Shown: piece by piece, positions 39,101-48,600 of the stretch | Numbering within the stretch: position 1 is the first letter of the stretch | Layout of the letters: each line of letters opens with the position of its first letter | Assembly: GCA_029977385.1 (NCBI GenBank) | Contig: JAPOKZ010000001.1 | Coordinates: 22,741-86,740 of the forward strand | DNA: 64,000 bases | Source of the DNA: Methanobacteriota archaeon | GTDB taxonomy: Archaea; Thermoplasmatota; Poseidoniia; Poseidoniales; Thalassarchaeaceae | Reading direction: 5' to 3' | Program-made: the position numbers and the translations under genes | The notes under the pieces: model-generated | What the model was told of the DNA's origin: nothing | The model's input: the letters and a program-made list of their open reading frames with translations, nothing else | Databases searched by the model: none

Positions 39101-39797
39101 ACTCTCATCCCCGTGGGGGAGGATTCTCAAAGCTATCAGAGAGGATGAGGATGTTGCCCAGCACCACGGTCACGATGTTCTCAGGCACAAGGCGACTAGT
39201 CTGGCTTTGGGTGCGGGCATATGCGCTCTCGCAGGGGCAATCTGGGTTTGGAAGCTCTCGGCTCTGAGTCCGACCTTCATGTCTCCAGCAGGCTCCACCT
39301 TCCTAGTCTGGGCAGCATTCATTATCGGCGGTTCTGCAAATAACAGAGGGATGCTGATAGGTGCCTCGATAATCGTGATGTCGGGTTACGTATTCAGTGT
39401 TCTCGCAGTGGCCTCAACCCCCGACCTGCCCCTATATGGGACCGCAACTAGGATCGATGAGTTGTTCATATGGCTCGTTACTGAACAATGGGAGGTGACC
39501 GGGCTCTTCCTGGCCATTCTCATGATTGGAATTTTGTCACGATCCAGTAGGATAGTGGAGTTCGGTGCATTCGGAGCTATGATTTTTGCTTTCACCGCCC
39601 TTTTCATGGATGGGTTTAGGGCATTGGCCCCAGCAGCAAACTATGCCGGAGAAATTACTGTTGCTGGAGGCGACATGTCTTACATCCGATTGATCCTAGT
39701 CGGCTCCTTGATGCTATTCTCACTCATGTTCAATCCGAAGGGACTCCTACCAGAGGTCCCTAGCAGACCTGCAAGACCATCAGGGAGGCAAGACTGA
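36150..39797 (+). CDS. Fused LivH-LivM branched-chain amino acid ABC permease with ~270-aa inter-domain insertion
   Basis: N-terminal LivH-like TM bundle; LivM signature NLHTGYTGMVNFG near residue 800. The region between (about 37600..38400) is non-homologous and partly TM. Confidence 0.8.
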   Translation: MLGGKAPLAPLLLFDALVLGLLFGFGTLNILDRLLLGSIPNDMVWLLQIVQSLSCGFAMVKIVLEMPANPSPMLDTLRRVAVITSPALLFALVILTIEMLLQGQEKSASITFDLTSLGTSTLMWAATYLSIAIGLTLTYKVQRYGNFAQSELYMVGMFFGLILGWSEHYYVLSEAPSDGVIAWSLLIRTVVFAFVLTGIIGVIIDRAVYRGFRIRDASPQVMMIASLGVALILRSLYFLRFSSSKERFFPDADFTSRTSKWELPTTWVRLNLGDRDPASGSYSQLNCEQTGVDAGTGEPILSRIVSESKPLMEVYDHSIDCVTPLSFNLSYANGSLPVVVFLSVAMLVLLLNKTRLGMRMRAVADNPELAASSGINVERVQQTSAFLSAGVTGAGGAIFSVTLLFNPVTGFTILLPAFAVIVLGTIGSVSGAIVASLLVGFVRASSTPILTGVGNPLERSGYSAMSGVIPYIFLIAILIVLPKGLGDAWERWSIERERIRSRRDRKDPNPGIVAALAILPTGILGVHHWARGRSDKAQNFSIIAIGSYVLHRILGFIGGNSIADGACSHECKSSGVGSNLELITGSEGSSLSIEHSPFLFDLPREQDQKWYDLMETELQLVNLLSDISDLLWPWVPILLWMIAIWQGIRLFSGEGEPRKNTIPHVTNVSSMLSPIRKEFRAIISKLSDRISIINNAHSELVDKARQSISKTLSNFSGKIRSALAEKLNKIDTDRLQSLSDPYGREGERGSWFAFSLMMLFVIWLIWWLPITGSPDTFRWDKIYQSSNVISTICVFVLMSFALNLHTGYTGMVNFGIIFFVGVGAITVAILSAPKNYYGYGWGILPATIFAVLLSAAIGWGLAYPTARLRTDYFAIVTISLGEVVRILLSAEPLLRTGPVKSAIGIGSFPLPLKEWWFCGDVKTGPEEQFISPDYCKWANPTLDSPSNTVSEILSLGGEPAPYSLLLAVFSVGAVAIVWILLSRLLSSPWGRILKAIREDEDVAQHHGHDVLRHKATSLALGAGICALAGAIWVWKLSALSPTFMSPAGSTFLVWAAFIIGGSANNRGMLIGASIIVMSGYVFSVLAVASTPDLPLYGTATRIDELFIWLVTEQWEVTGLFLAILMIGILSRSSRIVEFGAFGAMIFAFTALFMDGFRALAPAANYAGEITVAGGDMSYIRLILVGSLMLFSLMFNPKGLLPEVPSRPARPSGRQD

Positions 39798-40594
39798 TGG
39801 ATGCAGTTCTGAAAGTCGAAGGTCTCCGAAAGGAGTTTGGAGGCCTGATCGCGGTCAATGACGTATCCTTCGAAATAGGCGAGGGGGAGTTTGTCGGACT
39901 AATCGGGCCCAATGGCTGTGGTAAGTCTACCACCTTCAATTGCATAAGCGGCCTTCTAGGCAAGACAGGTGGCAAGGTCTCCCTTTTCGGTAATGACGTC
40001 ACGAACATGAGGCCCGACCAGATTCAGAAACTCGGTCTCACGCGTACATTCCAAGATACTCGATTATGGAGGGAGATGACTGTAATCGAGAACGACTTGG
40101 TACCGCCTAGAAACCAATTCGGGCTTACAATCATGGAACGACTCAGATCTCTACTATTCCCAAGTCACAGTCATATGGAGGTCGAGAGACTGCGAAAGGC
40201 GTACTCTACCCTAGACCAACTGGAGGTGCCCCATATGGCCCACAATTTAACGAGCGACCTCTCTGGTGGCCAGAGCAAGCTTGTGGACATCGGGAGATCG
40301 ATGATGGGGGATCCGAGCCTGCTTCTGCTCGACGAGCCAGTAGCGGGAGTGGCTGGACCACTGGCGATGAAGATATTCAACAATCTCAGGACTATGGTCG
40401 ACGAGACTGGGATATCGGTTCTGATTATCGAGCACAACATGGACTTCATCCTCAGGCAGGGAGTCGACAGGATCGTGGTCATGAACGAGGGAGAGGTGCT
40501 GATGCAGGGAACCCCGGACGAGGTGAAGGAAAACAAAGAGGTAATCGAGGCGTACCTAGGTGCGGCAGGAGAACCGTCGGAGGGAGAGGAGTGA
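39797..40594 (+). CDS. livG: Branched-chain amino acid ABC transporter ATPase LivG
   Basis: Walker A GPNGCGKST, signature LSGGQSK, Walker B LLLDEP. Confidence 0.9.
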   Translation: MDAVLKVEGLRKEFGGLIAVNDVSFEIGEGEFVGLIGPNGCGKSTTFNCISGLLGKTGGKVSLFGNDVTNMRPDQIQKLGLTRTFQDTRLWREMTVIENDLVPPRNQFGLTIMERLRSLLFPSHSHMEVERLRKAYSTLDQLEVPHMAHNLTSDLSGGQSKLVDIGRSMMGDPSLLLLDEPVAGVAGPLAMKIFNNLRTMVDETGISVLIIEHNMDFILRQGVDRIVVMNEGEVLMQGTPDEVKENKEVIEAYLGAAGEPSEGEE

Positions 40595-41313
40595 CCAAGG
40601 TACTCGAAGTGTCCGGATTAGAGGGAGGCTACGGCTCCGTGCAGATCCTCTACGGTATCGATATGTATGTCGAGGAAGGCGAGTTCGTCACGATAATTGG
40701 GCCAAACGGCTGTGGAAAGTCGACACTGATTAAGACAATATTCGGAATCGCTACCTACTATGGGGGCGGAATCGCGTACAGGGGGCAAGACATCTCCGGG
40801 TGGAGGGCCGACCAACTGGTGAACCATGGAATCGCTTACGTCCCACAGGTTGACAATGTGTTCCCTTCCCTTTCTGTTCTTGAGAATCTGCAGATGGGCG
40901 GAAACTCGCTCCCGAAGCAAACCCTCAATGAGAGGATTGAGAGATCCCTCGAGATGTTCCCTGATCTAAGGAACAGAGAGTATGATCTTGCCGCCTCACT
41001 ATCCGGCGGCGAGAGGCAAATGCTGGCAATATCTCGGGCTCTAATCTCGGACCCCAAGTTCCTACTGCTGGACGAGCCCACGGCTGCCCTCTCCCCACTG
41101 TACCAGCAGCAGATAATCCAGAGTATCGACTCGCTAAGAGATAGGGGAATTACCATTCTCATAGTTGAGCAGAATGCCAGGCTCTCTCTCGCTAGATCCG
41201 ATCGAGGGTACATCATCTCCAATGGGAAGGTAGTTCACACGGGAGACGCCCAGCACATCCTGACCGATCCCGAGATAGGGGAGTACTTCCTTGGATCCAA
41301 AGAGGACCATTAG
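40591..41313 (+). CDS. livF: Branched-chain amino acid ABC transporter ATPase LivF
   Basis: Walker A GPNGCGKST, LSGGERQ, LLLDEP; 4-nt overlap with livG. Confidence 0.9.
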   Translation: MTKVLEVSGLEGGYGSVQILYGIDMYVEEGEFVTIIGPNGCGKSTLIKTIFGIATYYGGGIAYRGQDISGWRADQLVNHGIAYVPQVDNVFPSLSVLENLQMGGNSLPKQTLNERIERSLEMFPDLRNREYDLAASLSGGERQMLAISRALISDPKFLLLDEPTAALSPLYQQQIIQSIDSLRDRGITILIVEQNARLSLARSDRGYIISNGKVVHTGDAQHILTDPEIGEYFLGSKEDH

Positions 41314-41320
41314 TACCCCA

Positions 41321-43036
41321 TCAATCCATCAGAGCCTTTGCCTGCTGTGCCCACATCATCTTCGAGACCCTCCCAGGCATCAAACCTAACGCGCCATCCA
41401 CAGCTTCTGCGGTTTCTGAATCCATTCTGGAGAGTTGCTCGTAGGTCCTTATGCCCAGGACTTTCAACTTCTTCTGAGTCTCAGCATCCACTCCCTTGAT
41501 TTGAGTCAGATCATCCGACTTCCTGTCTCCAGCCTTCCCTATCTGGGCCCACTTTATCTGAGCCGCACTCAGGTCTGCAAAGATTTCATCGCCCTCATCT
41601 TCGATGATGCTAGAAGACGCCTTTTCGACCCCCTTCAACTCGAGCATTGTAATCGCCTGCTTGGTCCAATCCATCTCGATGACCTTCCCTGGTAGCATCT
41701 CAAGCGCGTCATTCACCTCCTTCGCTATAGTCGAGTCCATTCTGGACAACTGCTCGTAGGAGAACACTCCCAACGAATTGAGTTTCTTCTGGGTGAACTC
41801 GTCTATCCCGTTTATCAATGTCAGATCGTCATATGAGCTGCCTACGAAATCTCCTATCTTCTTCCAGTCTATTGACTCCCTTCTCTTGCCCACCCTCTCA
41901 AGGATTAGCAACTCTCTCTTCTCATTCTCTGCCTCTGAAGTGATTCCCTTTACGTCCTTGCCAGCGATCTCTGCCTTCAGGATTGCATCTGCCAGCTTCC
42001 TCTTTGCAGCGGCAGCTTCGGCCTTTGCCTCCTGTGCCTCTTCCTCCTCCATCTCTGCGATTAGTCGGGCCTCCTCTGCCTCTGCCTCCTCGACCTCTGC
42101 CTTCTTGGTAGCCTCCTCTGCCTCTGCTCTAGCTCTCTCAACCTCTTTCTCTGCCTTCTGAACCGCCTCGCTAGCCTCCATTGACTGGAGCTCTCTTTCG
42201 ATTTCCTCCTCTTCCTTCTCCTGAGCCAACTCCTCTATACGAGCTTCTTTCTTCGAGGCCTCAAGCTTCTCTTTCTTCTCAGCCATCTGTTCTTCCAGCT
42301 TCTTCATCTCGGCCTCTAGCCGTTCGATATCTTCCTCCGAATCGCCATCGATCTCGAGATCAGGCACCTCCCCCGCATCGCTCACCTCCTGCGATAGTTC
42401 CCTCTGTACCTCAATCTTCTCCCCTTCATTCGGATTACTAACAAACCCGTCCGTGAGCTCGGATACAATTTCCTGGATAAGGCTCAATGAGTCCTTCATC
42501 CTATGTCCGTCATTCGTCTCGTATAGAGTAACGTTCTTGCAGGATTCTTCGACCTTACGAGAATAGCTAATGGGAACGACCTCATCGAACCTTCCGTGCA
42601 TTATGGCAGTTGGATGTGCGGGAGTCGGCCACGACATCTTCTCTGCAGATTCCATAAATTCCCATGGGAGAACGATATCTAACTCGTAGCCCGTGTATCT
42701 CCTCTCCCCTGTTTCTTTCCATGCGCTCCTACCGGTTTCTTCCATCTCTTCCCAATTCTCAGCAAGTCCGAATGCAGGAGCTATCAACAGTAGCCTGATG
42801 TCCTTGTGAGGCCTCATTGATGATGCATTTGCCGCCGCTAGCCCTCCCATGGAAGATCCGACAACCAAGTCATACTCCTCTTCGTCCAAGTGCTTGACTA
42901 GGACGTCAGTCTGACTAGCGATGCTCCATCCTAGCTCCGACATTTTCGGTGCCGTCACTTTCCATCCCAGAGCCTCCTTCATGAAGGTAGGTTTGGAACC
43001 AGTTGGACTACCTTCGAATCCATGTGCAAAAAGCAC
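41321..43036 (-). CDS. Tripartite protein: YqiA-like alpha/beta esterase, long E/K-rich coiled coil, two tandem C-terminal HhH-like domains
   Basis: N-terminal HGFEGSP...VGSSMGG...DGH (esterase YqiA/UPF0227-like). About 200 aa of EEAxAE heptads. Two ~65-aa repeats ...DDLTxIxG(I/V)DxxTQKKLxxLG(V/I)xxYEQLSRMDS.... Confidence 0.7.
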   Translation of the reverse strand: MLFAHGFEGSPTGSKPTFMKEALGWKVTAPKMSELGWSIASQTDVLVKHLDEEEYDLVVGSSMGGLAAANASSMRPHKDIRLLLIAPAFGLAENWEEMEETGRSAWKETGERRYTGYELDIVLPWEFMESAEKMSWPTPAHPTAIMHGRFDEVVPISYSRKVEESCKNVTLYETNDGHRMKDSLSLIQEIVSELTDGFVSNPNEGEKIEVQRELSQEVSDAGEVPDLEIDGDSEEDIERLEAEMKKLEEQMAEKKEKLEASKKEARIEELAQEKEEEEIERELQSMEASEAVQKAEKEVERARAEAEEATKKAEVEEAEAEEARLIAEMEEEEAQEAKAEAAAAKRKLADAILKAEIAGKDVKGITSEAENEKRELLILERVGKRRESIDWKKIGDFVGSSYDDLTLINGIDEFTQKKLNSLGVFSYEQLSRMDSTIAKEVNDALEMLPGKVIEMDWTKQAITMLELKGVEKASSSIIEDEGDEIFADLSAAQIKWAQIGKAGDRKSDDLTQIKGVDAETQKKLKVLGIRTYEQLSRMDSETAEAVDGALGLMPGRVSKMMWAQQAKALMD

Positions 43037-43044
43037 TCGCAGGA

Positions 43045-43482
43045 CTAACCCTCCAAATCACAGAACGAGAGTCTCAGGAATTCGCTTTCTGTAGCCTCTC
43101 TTACCATGGAAGCCTCATTCTCTCCTAGTATTCTCAGGTGTATCTCCGCAGTGACTTCCACGGTAGCCTCGAAGAGGTGCCCACCTCTTACGATATGGCT
43201 GTCATCCGAGGCTACTATGTGGATGTGCGTGAAAGGGCCATCAGGTCCAGGAGCCAGATTCCCCTGCATGGAGAGCAACTCCATTGGCTCCTCCAATCTT
43301 ACCTTCTGATAAACACCCTCAGAGTCGAGGAATCCAATGACAGTTCCCCTAATCCTGCCTATCCCACTGGTGATCGCTGCTGTGCTGATTCTATGTTCGC
43401 TAAGGCCCCTTATCGCGTCATGTAGCTCCTCGCCCTTATCCAGTCTCACGAATAGGTCTCTTCCTAGTCGTCGATATTCCAT
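43045..43482 (-). CDS. PPC/DUF296 domain protein
   Basis: GxG...H.H..V...DG.V.GGHL pattern (TGFLDSEG...THIHIVASDDSHIVRGGHL). Confidence 0.7.
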   Translation of the reverse strand: MEYRRLGRDLFVRLDKGEELHDAIRGLSEHRISTAAITSGIGRIRGTVIGFLDSEGVYQKVRLEEPMELLSMQGNLAPGPDGPFTHIHIVASDDSHIVRGGHLFEATVEVTAEIHLRILGENEASMVREATESEFLRLSFCDLEG

Positions 43483-43655
43483 GCCAATCCATTAGGGTTC
43501 TAGACTTCAATTTCACCTTTTCCAAATCAGTCTGGAGGACTCGCTTTCTGTCTTGCAGTAGAAGTCAAAAAAGTACGCAAATGCACTCTGAGAGCACTAC
43601 AATTCTCCACCGGAAGTAAGGGGGTTGGAAAATACGACCATACTGTTCATAGGCC

Positions 43656-45860
43656 GTGCCTTCCGAGTCGCAAAGCCCGGTGACAAAAATGACAATGGCA
43701 GCACACGATGCTTCGGCCAGATGGAGGACATTCCTAGAGGAGGCAAAGGAGTCTGAGGTGATGACTCTGCTGTCTCGTCAGTCAAACTTCCCTTACCTCT
43801 CTATCCCATTCCACGAAATACAGACCTTTGACCCTGAATTTGCAGAGGATGTACTCCAGTACCCAAAGCAGATTCTTTCTGCAGGTTCCAAGACACTGAT
43901 GGAGATTTGTAGGGAGAGGGGAGAGGATATCGATGCATTACTACGGGTCGGAGAGCTACCCGGAGACATCAGAGTGCCCCTAAGAGAAATAGGAAGCTCA
44001 GACATTGACAAACTCCGTAGTGTCGATGTCATAGTGACGAAGATTTCCGAAATAAAGCCCAGAATACACAAGGCCGTCTTCAAGTGCGAGTCTTGCGGTC
44101 ATGACATAGAAATCGATCAAGAAAACGAGAGAGAGCTGAAAGAACCACTAAACTGTCCGCAGGCACTTGGAGGGTGTGGAAGCAGCAAAAACGAGACTCG
44201 ATTTGATTTAGTCCTCCTCAGCTCAAGAATGGTAAACAATCAATGGATAGAGATCCAGGAACAACCTGAGTATGTGCCAAGCGGGGCCCAGCCCAGGAGA
44301 GGGATGGTGCTAATCGAGGGGGACCAAGTCAACAATCACCTCCCCGGAGAGAGGATTACTGCGAACGTTATCCCAGTCGTCAGAAGTGAGGTAAGAAATA
44401 GGAAAAAGACCCCTATGTTCGATGTGATCTTCCATTTGATTAGCTCTGAGCACGAGAGCACTCCATTCACAGAGATATCGATTGACGAGGAGGACAGAGA
44501 AAGAATCCTCGAGGTTTCGAAGAGAGATGACCTCATGCCCCTAATCCAGCAATCGATAGCCCCCTCAATCTTCTCTACAGGCATCATAGGTCTGGTGAAG
44601 CGCTCGCTCGCCTTGCAACTATTCGGTGGAGTCTCACGAAGGCTGAACGATAAGACTAGATCCAGAGGAGATATTCACATTCTGCTCATGGGGGATCCGG
44701 GAGTAGCCAAGTCACAACTACTCACATTCATCTCTAATCTCTCTCCGAGGGGAAGATTCGCTACCGGTGGAGGGACCTCCGGAGCAGGGCTTACAGCAGC
44801 AGCAGTCAGGGACGCATTCGGTGATGGGCGATTCGCCCTAGAGGCAGGAGTGCTGCCTCTCTCCGACCGAGGACTAGCCGCAATAGACGAGTTCGACAAG
44901 ATATCTACCGATGACACTAGGATGATGCACCCAGCTATGGAGCAGCAGAAGGTCCACGTGGCGAAGGGAGGGATAACGGCTACTCTCAATTCCAGATGTG
45001 CGATCCTTGCAGCCGCCAATCCAAAGGAGGGCAGGTTCACGAAGAGGCACAAGAACACCAGCGTGATGAGGGCATACGAAGAGACCGGACTCGCTCCTGC
45101 ACTGGCTTCGAGATTCGATATCATCTGGATGATGAGAGATGAGGTCAGGATTCACGACGATGAGAGGATAGCCAGGCACATACTGGACAACCGGACCACC
45201 GGCAAGAGCGAGACTTTGATGGAGAACTCAATCGAGCTAGCCTCATCCGATAACGAGGAAGGATCCTATATCGTCAAACCTGAAAACGGGAGGAAGGAGC
45301 ATCTTAGCCAGGACTTCCTTAGGAAGTACATAGCGTTCGCAAAGAGAACAGTACACCCTCAGTTGGATCAAGAGGCAAAGAATGCGATCCTCAAGTACTA
45401 CACGGAGGAGAGACAGTCCTTCGGTCGCGAGGATGAAGGAAGGGGCGATCACGAGTTCGGGGATAAGGAATCAATAATTCCAATCACGGCCAGAGCACTA
45501 GAGGCACTAATCCGACTCACGGAGGCTCATGCAAGGATGCACCTCCAGGAAACGGCCACCGTCGAGAATGCCGAGGTGGCGCTAGCCGTATTCAAGCACT
45601 GGAGGGAAGAGTCAGGTATTGAGGACGAATCAGAGATTCATTCCGGGGTTTCCCCCAGAGTTCGAGTAAACAACCGCGCAATAATGAACATGATAGCAGA
45701 TATCTGCGAGGAAAAGGGAGAGGCTACACTCGTCGACATCTACAATATGGCAATCTCGAAGAAAATCACCGAGAATGAGGTAGACCGCGTACTAAGCAAG
45801 ATGATTGAGGGGGGGCAGTTGTACGAACCAAGGACAGAAACATACCGTTTCCCCCGTTGA
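43656..45860 (+). CDS. mcm: Minichromosome maintenance replicative helicase MCM
   Basis: Zn motif CESCGH...CPQALGGCGS, Walker A GDPGVAKSQ, Walker B AAIDEFDK, arginine finger SRFD. Confidence 0.9.
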   Translation: MPSESQSPVTKMTMAAHDASARWRTFLEEAKESEVMTLLSRQSNFPYLSIPFHEIQTFDPEFAEDVLQYPKQILSAGSKTLMEICRERGEDIDALLRVGELPGDIRVPLREIGSSDIDKLRSVDVIVTKISEIKPRIHKAVFKCESCGHDIEIDQENERELKEPLNCPQALGGCGSSKNETRFDLVLLSSRMVNNQWIEIQEQPEYVPSGAQPRRGMVLIEGDQVNNHLPGERITANVIPVVRSEVRNRKKTPMFDVIFHLISSEHESTPFTEISIDEEDRERILEVSKRDDLMPLIQQSIAPSIFSTGIIGLVKRSLALQLFGGVSRRLNDKTRSRGDIHILLMGDPGVAKSQLLTFISNLSPRGRFATGGGTSGAGLTAAAVRDAFGDGRFALEAGVLPLSDRGLAAIDEFDKISTDDTRMMHPAMEQQKVHVAKGGITATLNSRCAILAAANPKEGRFTKRHKNTSVMRAYEETGLAPALASRFDIIWMMRDEVRIHDDERIARHILDNRTTGKSETLMENSIELASSDNEEGSYIVKPENGRKEHLSQDFLRKYIAFAKRTVHPQLDQEAKNAILKYYTEERQSFGREDEGRGDHEFGDKESIIPITARALEALIRLTEAHARMHLQETATVENAEVALAVFKHWREESGIEDESEIHSGVSPRVRVNNRAIMNMIADICEEKGEATLVDIYNMAISKKITENEVDRVLSKMIEGGQLYEPRTETYRFPR

Positions 45861-45883
45861 GCCTATGAGTACAACCCCCTCCG

Positions 45884-47926
45884 ATGGTATTGCACATGGA
45901 GCCAATTGGAGAAGTAACCAACCCCGAGACACTTGATCCAGTCTCTCTAGGATTCATGTGCGGATTAGAGATACACCAGCAGCTGGCAACTGACAAACTA
46001 CACTCGAGAATGCCAAGCGAACTATACGAATACAAGTCCGAGGATATCCCTCATGACTGGCCACGTTCCACCAGAAGGCTTCGAGCTTCACAGGGAGAAA
46101 GAGGAGGGACGGACGTTGCAGCTAGATTCGAGCAAAGGAGGAATCGGACATTCGAGTATGTCCAATCTCCCAATGCTGGGCTCATCGAGTTGGACGAGTC
46201 GCCACCAAGAAACCATGACTCCGAGGCAGTAGATGTTGTTCTCACCATGGCTGCCCTGATGGAGGCGAAACCCATCCCGAACCTGCAAGTGATGAGGAAG
46301 ACTGTCGTGGACGGATCTAACACCAGTGGTTTTCAAAGGACCACAATCGTCGCTACGGACGGCCAAATACAGGCCGACTCTAGTCAGGTTGGAATCGATG
46401 TGATTTCGTTGGAGGAGGACTCTGCTCGGAAGCTGGAGACAAAGAGGACCGCCATTGGGGAAACCGTAGTGTACAATCTAGACAGACTGGGAGTACCTCT
46501 AGTAGAAGTGGCAACAGCCCCAGATGTCCGCTCCCCGGAGCATGCTAAGGAGACTGCATTAGCACTCGGACAACTACTCAGGGAAACCCGTAGGGTCAGG
46601 AGGGGGCTAGGATCAATCAGACAAGACCTCAATGTCAGCATCTCTTGTGGAGACAGGGTTGAAATCAAAGGATGCCAAGACCTAGACTGGATTCCTAGAA
46701 TTATTCGATTGGAGATGGCTCGTCAACTTCACTTCTACCGTCTGGCTAACGATCTGAGAAGAGACTCCTCCCTGCCCCCCCTTCCTCCAGATAGGGACTC
46801 GGATTCTAGACCAGTAGAGAACAGAGTGAAACTCGCTACGGAGAAGAGGATCCCCTTTTCCACTCACGACATCACAGAATGCTTTTCAGAATGCGAATCA
46901 GAAATGGTGTCTAAGTCCTTGGATAACGGCTCCTGTATTCTTGGAATCTCCCTTCCAGGATTCTCAGATAAGATCGGAAGCAAGAAAATGGACGAACATG
47001 GCTCACAGTTACCAAGATTGGGTAGGGAGCTCGCGAGTGCCGCCAAGCTTGCTGGGGTGTCGGGAATCTTCCATTCAGACGAACTCCCAGCCTACGGGAT
47101 TTCGCAATCTGAGGTCGAATCAGTCAGGAGTCGACTGTCTCTCTCAGAAGTAGATGCTTTCGTTCTGTGCATGGCTCCAAAGTGGCAGGCTGAGTTGGCA
47201 CTAGAGGCAGTCATTGACAGAGCACGACTAGCCTTCCATCGCATACCCCGCGAGGTAAGGAACGTAGTGATACGGAAGGGGAAGCCAGAAGACGGAACCA
47301 CAACGGCACTACGGCCTCTTCCAGGTGGTGCTAGGATGTATCCTGAGACTGACATACCGGTCTTGGAAATCTCACCAGAGAGGTGGGAATCAATCAATAG
47401 AAATCTTCCACTTTCTGCTCAGGAGAGGAAGGATAGACTATCCGGTCTAGGGCTATCGAAAAATCAGGAGGAGGCATTGCTAAACGGGGAGATCGATGAC
47501 TTACTCTTCGAGGGCATCGAGGGCCCTCTGAAACTTCCAGCTAAGGCATGGGCAAGCGCAATCCTAGAGAGTGGCACCTCAAAACCAAACTCCCTAGCTG
47601 CGACAGTTCACCTCAGAGAGGAGGGCCTTCTAACGCGAGAGGGAGCAGAGGCCCTTCTAGTGGAATCACAGGAGGGCCAAATTGAGAGAATTGTTGCCTT
47701 CATGTTGTCCGAAGCAGAATCAAGAGGTTTCGTTCCAGCCGATAAGTCATCTGTTGAGGAGGCGGTGGATGAGATACTCAGAGATCGTTCTGATTTTGTT
47801 AAAGAGAGGGGGATGGGTGCAATTGGACCACTGATGGGGATGGTGATGCAGAAGCTCGAGGGCTCGGCGGATGGAAAAATTGTCAGCCAGATTCTCAAGG
47901 AAAGAATTTCAGGGATGATTGAATAA
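45884..47926 (+). CDS. gatE: Glutamyl-tRNA(Gln) amidotransferase subunit E (archaeal GatE)
   Basis: GLEIHQQL N-terminal motif plus GatB/YqeY-like C-terminal domain; possible start MEPIGE at 45896. Confidence 0.85.
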   Translation: MVLHMEPIGEVTNPETLDPVSLGFMCGLEIHQQLATDKLHSRMPSELYEYKSEDIPHDWPRSTRRLRASQGERGGTDVAARFEQRRNRTFEYVQSPNAGLIELDESPPRNHDSEAVDVVLTMAALMEAKPIPNLQVMRKTVVDGSNTSGFQRTTIVATDGQIQADSSQVGIDVISLEEDSARKLETKRTAIGETVVYNLDRLGVPLVEVATAPDVRSPEHAKETALALGQLLRETRRVRRGLGSIRQDLNVSISCGDRVEIKGCQDLDWIPRIIRLEMARQLHFYRLANDLRRDSSLPPLPPDRDSDSRPVENRVKLATEKRIPFSTHDITECFSECESEMVSKSLDNGSCILGISLPGFSDKIGSKKMDEHGSQLPRLGRELASAAKLAGVSGIFHSDELPAYGISQSEVESVRSRLSLSEVDAFVLCMAPKWQAELALEAVIDRARLAFHRIPREVRNVVIRKGKPEDGTTTALRPLPGGARMYPETDIPVLEISPERWESINRNLPLSAQERKDRLSGLGLSKNQEEALLNGEIDDLLFEGIEGPLKLPAKAWASAILESGTSKPNSLAATVHLREEGLLTREGAEALLVESQEGQIERIVAFMLSEAESRGFVPADKSSVEEAVDEILRDRSDFVKERGMGAIGPLMGMVMQKLEGSADGKIVSQILKERISGMIE

Positions 47927-47995
47927 TAATTTAGTTTGGTAAATTTATGAACTCACGACTACCTTGATAGACTCTACATTGGTAGGACATACTCC

Positions 47996-48547
47996 ATGTC
48001 AGACTGGATTAAGCCTGCTTCTATTGTTATGCTAGTTACACTGTTACTTATTGCCCCATCCTTACAGGATAGGTTAGCAGAAGAAACCACGAAATATGTC
48101 GAAGATAACCAGTCATCGCATCATGGTCTTCCATCAGATTGGGTGGATAATCAAGTCCTCTGCATCTATTTTCCAACAGAGTCTCCACATTCAGAATTCA
48201 GCCTAGGTGTGACCATGATTGATCGAAATGGCGATGTAATCGGAACAAACGAGAACCTGAACAGGACGGGAGCTTGCCTCGGAGGCTTTGATGGGTACTC
48301 CAATGGCTTAGATTTCATGATGTCATCAACTAGAATGGGACATGGCCATCTCTCTGTAGGGTACGATGTCGGACAATGGGGAGCATTCGTTCATACAATC
48401 GGAGGACTGAACGCAGACACGTTGACCGGCGACTTCAACGGAGCATATTGGCACCTCGATCACAATGGTGCTGCTTCGATGGTAGGCATAGGAGATCTGG
48501 TGATGTCAGAGGGAGATGTCATCGAATGGAGCGTCGGAACCTGGTAA
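47996..48547 (+). CDS. Secreted/anchored protein with DUF4430-like C-terminus (possible cobalamin-binding)
   Basis: N-terminal signal anchor. The C-terminal GDLVMSEGDVIEWSVGTW resembles the DUF4430 ending, recalled from memory and not verified. Confidence 0.35.
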   Translation: MSDWIKPASIVMLVTLLLIAPSLQDRLAEETTKYVEDNQSSHHGLPSDWVDNQVLCIYFPTESPHSEFSLGVTMIDRNGDVIGTNENLNRTGACLGGFDGYSNGLDFMMSSTRMGHGHLSVGYDVGQWGAFVHTIGGLNADTLTGDFNGAYWHLDHNGAASMVGIGDLVMSEGDVIEWSVGTW

Positions 48548-48600
48548 TACCTTCGGAACTATGAAGTGGTGAGGTCGGGACAGAGGAACGGGGCGGAACT

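Noticed and set aside
43483-43655. Replication origin (ORB-like element ctccaccggaag) next to mcm
   Set aside because: Single weak match, no repeated ORB copies or AT-rich unwinding element. Archaeal origins usually flank orc1/cdc6, which is not in this window.
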